A DNA stretch of 32,000 nt. Source: Promethearchaeum syntrophicum. GTDB lineage: Archaea; Asgardarchaeota; Lokiarchaeia; Sigyniarchaeales; Promethearchaeaceae. This document shows positions 25,957 to 32,000 of this stretch, piece after piece. The stretch's first letter is position 1. The number at the start of each line of letters is the position of its first letter. Location: the NCBI RefSeq assembly GCF_008000775.2, contig NZ_CP042905.2:1110001-1142000 (forward strand). The letters run 5' to 3'. Below the pieces are notes generated by a model, which did not search any database, was not told the DNA's origin, and was given only the letters and a program-made list of their open reading frames with translations. The position numbers and the translations under genes are program-made.

Positions 25957-26280
25957 TTAATCTTTTAATTTTAATTTTTTAGCTTTACTTGGTCCTGAAT
26001 TTTCAGGATTAACTCCTTCTATTGTTTTGATTAAGGCTGGTACTTCATCTTCCATAAGCGCTTCTTGGAACTGTAAGTACATCTCGAAATCGGCAATAAA
26101 TAACCCTTTTCGTTTTTTTGGTTGCCCTGTAGTTTTATTTATCGGATTTACCTCTACCATGAGTTTTGCTTCACGGGTTTTTGTTGCTGGTATCTTAACA
26201 ACAAAGACTCCATCTATATCGGTTTCCATTTTCTCCCAGTCTTTAGCTGATTCTAAAAACTCTCTTAATGCGTTTTCCAT
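25957..26280 (-). CDS. Hypothetical 107-aa protein
   Basis: Uninterrupted ORF and the first gene of the minus-strand run 26280-23810. It has a K-rich C-terminal tail (SKAKKLKLKD) and no recognised motif. Confidence 0.6.
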   Translation of the reverse strand: MENALREFLESAKDWEKMETDIDGVFVVKIPATKTREAKLMVEVNPINKTTGQPKKRKGLFIADFEMYLQFQEALMEDEVPALIKTIEGVNPENSGPSKAKKLKLKD

Positions 26281-26300
26281 ATTTTTTCACGTATTTTTTT

Positions 26301-26368
26301 TTCAATTATAAAAAATTGAAAAATTTACTTTGTGACAATGTTCATTGTTATTTAACCATTGTCATTGT
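26301..26368. promoter_or_regulatory. Divergent promoter region with palindromes and a clustered CATTGT motif (operator-like)
   Basis: TTCAATT-ataaaa-AATTGAA lies at 26301-26320. ACAATG (26335-26340)-tt-CATTGT (26343-26348) forms a palindrome. A tandem CATTGTCATTGT lies at 26357-26368. The region sits between the divergent 107-aa gene and the RHH gene. Confidence 0.45.
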
Positions 26369-26502
26369 TGTAAGGTCTATGTGATATGACATAAACCGAC
26401 AAAAACGCTTGTAGAGCATGCAATACTTTTAAAATTATGCGTTTTCTATTAAAAATTAAGGGAATATTAAATATTCCTATAATTCTAAGGAAGTAAAAAA
26501 AA

Positions 26503-26709
26503 ATGAGAATGCTATCAGTGTTTATCCCCGAATCTTATATCGAATCTTTAGATATTCTTGTTGCTGAAGAAATTTTCCCGAATAGAAGTGAAGCAATTCG
26601 ATCAGCAATAAGAGATTTAATTCGAAATGAAATACTCTTAAAAGATGCCGTCACTAAAAGAAAAAACAAAAAGCAATTTGAGAAACAATCGAATCAAGAA
26701 CAAAATTAA
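26503..26709 (+). CDS. Ribbon-helix-helix (CopG/Arc/MetJ-type) DNA-binding protein
   Basis: 68 aa. An N-terminal beta-strand (LSVFIPESYIESLD) is followed by the typical RHH helices (FPNRSEAIRSAIRDLIRNE) and a basic tail. Confidence 0.8.
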   Translation: MRMLSVFIPESYIESLDILVAEEIFPNRSEAIRSAIRDLIRNEILLKDAVTKRKNKKQFEKQSNQEQN

Positions 26710-26718
26710 AAAAAAATC

Positions 26719-29700
26719 TTAATCTCCCAATAGTTTCTTCCGTGCTTCTCTTCTTCTCTTCTTTCTTTCTTCAATAATTAGATTTTTCCGCTCATTTTCT
26801 GATAAGAATGTTTTCTTTTCGGATTCTACACTTCTAGATTCCTGTCTTTGTTGATTTAATTGATGTCGTGTGTATTTTAATTTCCAACGAAGCATTTCTT
26901 GTTCAACTTTTCGTGCTTCCTTTTCGTTTCCTAACTGAATATAGATCTCTTTTGCCTTATTTGCAAGTTCTAAACCTTCTTCAAAATTATTATTTTTTAT
27001 ATTTCCTGAAGCTTCTTTCATCACTTTAAGTGCTTTACTTTCTGTAGGAGCGTACTTCTTCATTTCAATTTCTTTTCTATATTCTTCTTTTTCTTGTTCA
27101 AGAACTTCCTTAAAATCATCAAGTAATTTCAACGACTTTGGCCATTTCAAATTCTTTGCCATTTCGCTAACTGTATTCATTTCTGTTTGGGCTACTAGAA
27201 AATCCTTACGTTTCTGAGCAAGTAAGATTAACGAAAGAGAATTTGCGAAATGATATTCTAAATCCAGTTTGGGATTATTAAGAATTTCATTTATATCCAT
27301 TAAAGGATTAGTTATGAGGTTATAAACTTGTAAAAATCGCTTTTTTAGTGCCTTTGCTTCTCTAACCCACTCAATTTCAATGAAATTATTTAGTGCATAA
27401 TGGAAGTAATATAAACTTAGATAAAATTTTCTGCCTTTGACACATTTTTCTGCCTGATCTATATATTCATACGCTGCATCTTCAAGAGTCACTCGATAAT
27501 TAAATACAACTTGTTGCTGTTCTGTTAATTCCTTAACTTTTTCACCTTTGGATTTTCTTTCAGCTTCTTGTTTTTCTAAGAAGTCTTTAAAGGCTTTCTG
27601 GGCTTTTTCGTCTTTTTTCTGTTGTTCTTCTAATTGTTTTTCTAGTTTAATAAAATGCTTCTTTTTTGCTTTGACATCTTGAACAATAGATAAAACTTGC
27701 TTATATTTTAGATCCCAATCTATTTTCTTAAATAATTCAATGGATTTATCATAATATTCTAATGCTTTATCAAATTGATTATTATTGGTCAAATCACCAG
27801 CAATTTCCAATATAGATATAATTTCATTTTGGATGTGTGTTACCTTTTCCTTTTCTAATTGGGTTTTCAATTTCTTTTGTTCTGCCAATAATCTATTACG
27901 TTCATCTTTCTGTTTAGATTCACTAATTAGTCGTTCTAACCGCTTTTCTTCCTCTTCTCGTTCTTTAAGTGATTTTTGAGCAATTTCTATATCAAAATTA
28001 TGATCATCCCATAATTTTTGAACCTTTAAAATGGATTCGTTTGTTAATCTGATACCCTCGGAATAATTGATTTCATTGTATTTTTCTACAACATTTTTAT
28101 AAATATTTATTGCAGGTTCAAATTGTTGTTCAGTAACTAACGTTTTGGCTTGATCTAAAAGGTTTAAACAATCATTATAGACATTTTGATGTATCAAACC
28201 TATCTCTTGTTCTCTCTGGAATTGTTCTAATCTTTTTTGTTCTTCAATTTCCCTTTTCTTTCTGTCTTCTTCAATCTTTCTTTGAAATTCTAATTCCCAC
28301 TGTGATCTTTTCTCTTCAGTTTTACTTTGTTCGATTTCTAATCTTTTACGTTCTTCTTCAAACTTCTTCTCCCATGATAATTTTGCCTTCTGATCCATTT
28401 CTTCGATTTCTTTTTGTTTTTTAATCTTAAGTTCTTCTTCTTCTATTTTTTCTAATTCTTTTTGATCCTTTTGTTTTCTAAAAATAGAAATTTGAAGTAA
28501 TACTTTATCTAATTCTGCTAACCATTTAATTTCATCAAGGATATCCATGGCTTCTTGGAATTTTTCAATTGCTTCATCAAATTTAAAATTAGCAGCCAAT
28601 TTATTTCCTTCATCCATAAGATTGAATGCTTTATTCGCCTTATTTTGATCATTTTGATATTTATTCTGAATAGCTGCTTTTTCTTCTTCTTTTCGCCGAT
28701 TTTCTGCTTCTTTCTGTTTTTGAGCATTAAGAATTTGTTGTTCCAACTCTAATTTTGATAATTGGTCTTTCCTAATCTTTTCCTCTTCAAATTTTCGATT
28801 TTTTTCATCAAAAATTAGTTTATCTTTATATAGCAAATATCCATCATTCAATCTTGCAGATTGCTCTAATAATCCTATCTCCTTTAATTTTTCACTACCT
28901 GTCTTATAAACTTCAATAGCAATCGAATAAGGACATTTAGATAATAACATTTTTCCTAAACCAACTTGATCTTCATATTTTTTAACTTGTTTCTCTATTT
29001 TTTCTATTGCACTCAAAGCTTCGGTTAAAATTTCTCTTTGGGAACTTAATTTCTCTTGTTCTTTCTTTTTTTGTTCGCCCTTTTCTTTTAGTTTAATTTC
29101 TTTTAATTTTGCGGCCACTTGTGCTTGCATTTCAAGTTTTTCCCTGTCTATCTCTATTTTAGTCAATCTTTGTTTTTCAAGATCGCGAAGTCTCTTGTCC
29201 TCAATTATTTTCTTTTCGTATATTTTTCTGCCTTCATCTAACCTATCCGCTTGTTCAATTAAACCTATTTCTCTTAATTTATTTGTTCCAATATTATATA
29301 ATTCAACTGCTTTTGGATAGGGGCATTCAAGAGATAAAATTTTTCCTAAACTGACTTCTTTTGAATATTCATTAACAACATCTTCGATTTTACTAATATC
29401 ACCTAGGACATCCTTTAATCTAGATTCTTTTTGGGAAATTACCTCAAGTTCTTTTTGGCGTTTTTCTCTTAATTCTTGCTCTTTGAGTTCTTTTAACCTT
29501 TGAGCTTCGTATGTTTTCTTTTCAAATTCTTCCTTTTCCAACCTAGCTCTCTCTTTTTTCTGGTTTTCAAGATCTCGAAGGTCCTTATCCTCAATAATTT
29601 TCTGTTCGTAGGTTTTTCTACCTTCATCTAACCTATCAGCTTGCTCAATTAAACCTATTTCTCTTAATTTGTTTGTTCCAATATTATATAATTCAACAGC

Positions 29701-32000
29701 TTTTGGATAGGGGCATTCTAGTGATAAAATGTTTCCTAAGCTAACTCCCTTTGCATATTCACTTACTACATCTTCAATTTTACTAATATCACCTAGAACA
29801 TCCTTTAATCTAGATTCTTTTTGGGAAATTACCTCAAGTTCTTTTTGGCGTTTTTCTCTTAATTCTTGCTCTTTGAGTTCTTTAATCCTTTGCGCTTCTT
29901 CCGCTTTCCTTTCAATTTCTTCTTCATCTAACCGAGCTTTTTCTATTCTCTGAAATTCACGTTCGCGATGTTTCAGATCTTCAATAATTTTTCGTTCATA
30001 AGTTTTTCTACCTTCATCTAACCTGTCCGCCTGTTCAATTAGACCCGCTTCTCTTAATTTGATTGTTCCAGTTTTATAAAGCTCTACAGCTTTTGGATAG
30101 GGGCATTCCAGAGATAATATTTTTCCTAAGCCGACTTCTTTTACATAAGCATTTACCACATCTTCAATTTTACTTAAATCACCTAAAACATTCTTTAATT
30201 TTGATTCTTTCTTGGAAAGTACTTCAAGTTCTTTTTGGCGTTTTTCTCTTAATTCTTGCTCTTTGAGTTCTTTAATCCTTTGCGCTTCTTCCGCTTTCCT
30301 TTCAATTTCTTCTTCATCTAACCGAGCTTTTTCTATTCTCTGAAATTCACGTTCGCGATGTTTCAGATCTTCAATAATTTTTCGTTCATAAGTTTTTCTA
30401 CCTTCATCTAACCTGTCCGCTTGTTCAATTAAGCCAGCTTCTCTTAATTTAATTGTTCCAATTTTATAAAGCTCTACAGCTTTTGGATAGGGGCATTCCA
30501 GAGATAATATTTTTCCTAAGCCGACTTCTTTTATATAAGCATTTACCACATCTTCAATTTTACTTAAATCACCTAAAACATTCTTTAATTTGGATTCTTT
30601 CTTGGAAAGTACTTCAAGTTCTTTTTGACGTTTTTCTCTTAATTCTTTCTCTTTTAGTTCTATTAATCTTTGAGCTTCTTTAGCTCTTATCTCGATTTCT
30701 TCTTCTCCTAATCTATATTTTTCTATTCTCTGAATTTCACGTTCGCGATGTTTCTCATCTTCAATAATTTTTCGTTCATAAGTTTTTCTACCTTCATCTA
30801 ACCTGTCCGCTTGTTCAATTAGACCCGCTTCTCTTAATTTGATTGTTCCAGTTTTATAAAGCTCTACAGCTTTTGGATAGGGGCATTCCAGAGATAATAT
30901 TTTTCCTAAGCCGACTTCTTTTACATAAACATTTACCACATCTTCAATTTTACTTAAATCACCTAAAACATTCTTTAATTTTGATTCTTTCTTGGAAAGT
31001 ACTTTAAGTTCTTTTTGGCGTTTTTCTCTTAATTCTTGATCTTTGAGTTCTATTAATCTTTGAGCTTCTTTAGCTTTTATCTCGATTTCTTCTTCTCCTA
31101 ACCTATATTTTTCTATTCTCTGAATTTCACGTTCGCGAAGTCTCTTATCTTCAATTATTTTCTGTTCATAAGTTTTTCTTCCTTCATCTAACCTGTCTGC
31201 TTGTTCAATTAAACCCGCTTCTCTTAATTTGATTGTGCCAATTTTATAAAGCTCTACAGCTTTTGGATAGGGGCATTCCAGAGATAATATTTTTCCTAAG
31301 CCGACTTCTTTTACATAAACATTTACCACATCTTCAATTTTACTTAAATCACCTAAGACATTCTTTAATTTTGATTCTTTCTTGGAAAGCGTTTCAAGTT
31401 CTTTTTGACGTTTTTCTCTTAATTCTTGCTCTTTGAGTTCTATTAATCTTTGAGCTTCTTTGGCTTTTATCTCGATTTCTTCTTCTCCTAACCTATATTT
31501 TTCTATTCTCTGAATTTCACGTTCGCGAAGTCCCTTATCTTCTTCGATTTTTCGTTCGTATGTTTTTCTACCATCATCTAACCTATCTGCTTGTTCGATT
31601 AGACCTGCTTCTCTTAATTTCTTTGTTCCTATATTATAAAGTTCTACAGCTTTTGGATATGGACATTCTAAGGACAAAATTTTACCTAAACCAACTCCTT
31701 TTGCATAATCATTAACAACATCTTCGATTTTACTAATATCACCTAAAACATCCTTTAATTTCGATTCTTTTTGAGAAATTGCTTCAAGTTCTTTTTGACG
31801 CTTATCTCTCAATTCTTTCTCTTTTAATTCTTGAATTCTTTGTGCTTCTTCCGCTTTCCTTTCAATTTCATCTTCATCTAACCGAGCTTTTTCTATTCTC
31901 TTTTTTTCGCGTTCACGAATCTTCTTATCTTCAAGAATTTTACTTTCGTAAGTTTTTCTTCCTTCATCCAAACGATTGGCTTGCTCAATTAAACCCGCTT
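26719..32000 (-). CDS. Giant modular repeat protein (partial; N-terminus lies beyond the window): E/R/K-rich helices alternating with TPR-like helical hairpins
   Basis: The frame is open from the stop at 26719 to the window edge. The ORF-track Met at 31971 is really the Leu of the repeat motif AGLIEQANRLDEGRK, so at least 1760 aa are visible. There are eight 130-aa tandem modules, then about 700 aa of diverged modules of the same architecture. Confidence 0.9.
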   Translation of the reverse strand, partial: AGLIEQANRLDEGRKTYESKILEDKKIREREKKRIEKARLDEDEIERKAEEAQRIQELKEKELRDKRQKELEAISQKESKLKDVLGDISKIEDVVNDYAKGVGLGKILSLECPYPKAVELYNIGTKKLREAGLIEQADRLDDGRKTYERKIEEDKGLREREIQRIEKYRLGEEEIEIKAKEAQRLIELKEQELREKRQKELETLSKKESKLKNVLGDLSKIEDVVNVYVKEVGLGKILSLECPYPKAVELYKIGTIKLREAGLIEQADRLDEGRKTYEQKIIEDKRLREREIQRIEKYRLGEEEIEIKAKEAQRLIELKDQELREKRQKELKVLSKKESKLKNVLGDLSKIEDVVNVYVKEVGLGKILSLECPYPKAVELYKTGTIKLREAGLIEQADRLDEGRKTYERKIIEDEKHREREIQRIEKYRLGEEEIEIRAKEAQRLIELKEKELREKRQKELEVLSKKESKLKNVLGDLSKIEDVVNAYIKEVGLGKILSLECPYPKAVELYKIGTIKLREAGLIEQADRLDEGRKTYERKIIEDLKHREREFQRIEKARLDEEEIERKAEEAQRIKELKEQELREKRQKELEVLSKKESKLKNVLGDLSKIEDVVNAYVKEVGLGKILSLECPYPKAVELYKTGTIKLREAGLIEQADRLDEGRKTYERKIIEDLKHREREFQRIEKARLDEEEIERKAEEAQRIKELKEQELREKRQKELEVISQKESRLKDVLGDISKIEDVVSEYAKGVSLGNILSLECPYPKAVELYNIGTNKLREIGLIEQADRLDEGRKTYEQKIIEDKDLRDLENQKKERARLEKEEFEKKTYEAQRLKELKEQELREKRQKELEVISQKESRLKDVLGDISKIEDVVNEYSKEVSLGKILSLECPYPKAVELYNIGTNKLREIGLIEQADRLDEGRKIYEKKIIEDKRLRDLEKQRLTKIEIDREKLEMQAQVAAKLKEIKLKEKGEQKKKEQEKLSSQREILTEALSAIEKIEKQVKKYEDQVGLGKMLLSKCPYSIAIEVYKTGSEKLKEIGLLEQSARLNDGYLLYKDKLIFDEKNRKFEEEKIRKDQLSKLELEQQILNAQKQKEAENRRKEEEKAAIQNKYQNDQNKANKAFNLMDEGNKLAANFKFDEAIEKFQEAMDILDEIKWLAELDKVLLQISIFRKQKDQKELEKIEEEELKIKKQKEIEEMDQKAKLSWEKKFEEERKRLEIEQSKTEEKRSQWELEFQRKIEEDRKKREIEEQKRLEQFQREQEIGLIHQNVYNDCLNLLDQAKTLVTEQQFEPAINIYKNVVEKYNEINYSEGIRLTNESILKVQKLWDDHNFDIEIAQKSLKEREEEEKRLERLISESKQKDERNRLLAEQKKLKTQLEKEKVTHIQNEIISILEIAGDLTNNNQFDKALEYYDKSIELFKKIDWDLKYKQVLSIVQDVKAKKKHFIKLEKQLEEQQKKDEKAQKAFKDFLEKQEAERKSKGEKVKELTEQQQVVFNYRVTLEDAAYEYIDQAEKCVKGRKFYLSLYYFHYALNNFIEIEWVREAKALKKRFLQVYNLITNPLMDINEILNNPKLDLEYHFANSLSLILLAQKRKDFLVAQTEMNTVSEMAKNLKWPKSLKLLDDFKEVLEQEKEEYRKEIEMKKYAPTESKALKVMKEASGNIKNNNFEEGLELANKAKEIYIQLGNEKEARKVEQEMLRWKLKYTRHQLNQQRQESRSVESEKKTFLSENERKNLIIEERKKRRREARKKLLGD
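28849..32000 (-). repeat. Exact 390-bp-period in-frame tandem repeat array (8 full units plus the start of a ninth at the window edge)
   Basis: The landmark ttttggata(g/t)gg(g/a)cattc recurs at 29311, 29701, 30091, 30481, 30871, 31261 and 31651, with a diverged copy at 28921. Unit boundaries are 28849, 29239, 29629, 30019, 30409, 30799, 31189, 31579 and 31969. 29834-30030 is identical to 30224-30420. Confidence 0.95.

Noticed and set aside
26503-26709. RHH protein as the antitoxin of a type II toxin-antitoxin pair
   Set aside because: No toxin-sized ORF precedes or follows it on the same strand. The gene ends 9 bp from the convergent end of the giant ORF.
30063-31436. A family of near-identical 67-76-aa plus-strand ORFs (30063, 30453, 31233; M(F/C)QFYKALQLLDRGIPEIIFF...)
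   Set aside because: They recur at 390- and 780-bp offsets only because they are the antisense frame of the 390-bp coding repeat of the giant minus-strand ORF.
28849-32000. 390-bp repeats as insertion sequences, MITEs or satellite DNA
   Set aside because: The repeats are exactly in frame (130 codons) and lack stop codons. They have no terminal inverted repeats and encode a conserved protein module.
1-32000. tRNA, rRNA, RNase P or SRP RNA genes anywhere in the window
   Set aside because: Structured RNAs in AT-rich archaeal genomes stand out as GC-rich islands. The only GC-rich non-coding patch (20689-20718) is a homopurine tract with no complementary strand segments.

Overview
This is a very AT-rich (roughly 30% GC by eye) archaeal chromosomal segment with no rRNA, tRNA, CRISPR array or recognisable transposase or integrase. 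Archaeal origin rests on RNA polymerase subunit D (Rpo3) and an eL18-uL13-uS9 operon. The co-occurrence of a Ras-superfamily GTPase, an LRR protein and a giant repeat protein is reminiscent of Asgard (Lokiarchaeia-like) genomes, but that is inference only. Housekeeping and accessory genes: an Opp/Dpp-type ABC permease pair, two RimJ/RimL-type GNAT acetyltransferases (one translationally coupled to an EamA transporter), glyA, an alpha/beta-hydrolase fused to a polytopic membrane domain, a xylose-isomerase-like TIM barrel, an HDAC-family deacetylase, a divergent TetR/MBL-hydrolase pair, a TIGR04076-like protein and aroA. Loci worth a second look: (1) a giant ORF of more than 1760 aa, truncated by the window edge, built from exact 390-bp (130-aa) tandem modules. 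Each module is a charged E/R/K helix plus a TPR-like hairpin, and the modules show a mosaic pattern suggesting recombination. (2) A minus-strand four-gene cluster ending in an MglA/COG2229-like small GTPase with a non-canonical G3 motif, tightly coupled to an unknown 277-aa protein. (3) A C-skewed three-gene cluster of unknowns that includes the LRR protein. (4) A 750-bp non-coding region with a 41-bp-period motif array, an inverted TTATCT motif cluster and a 30-nt G-rich polypurine tract. (5) A fragmented rpoD/ribosomal-protein cluster. All family calls come from motif reading without database searches.
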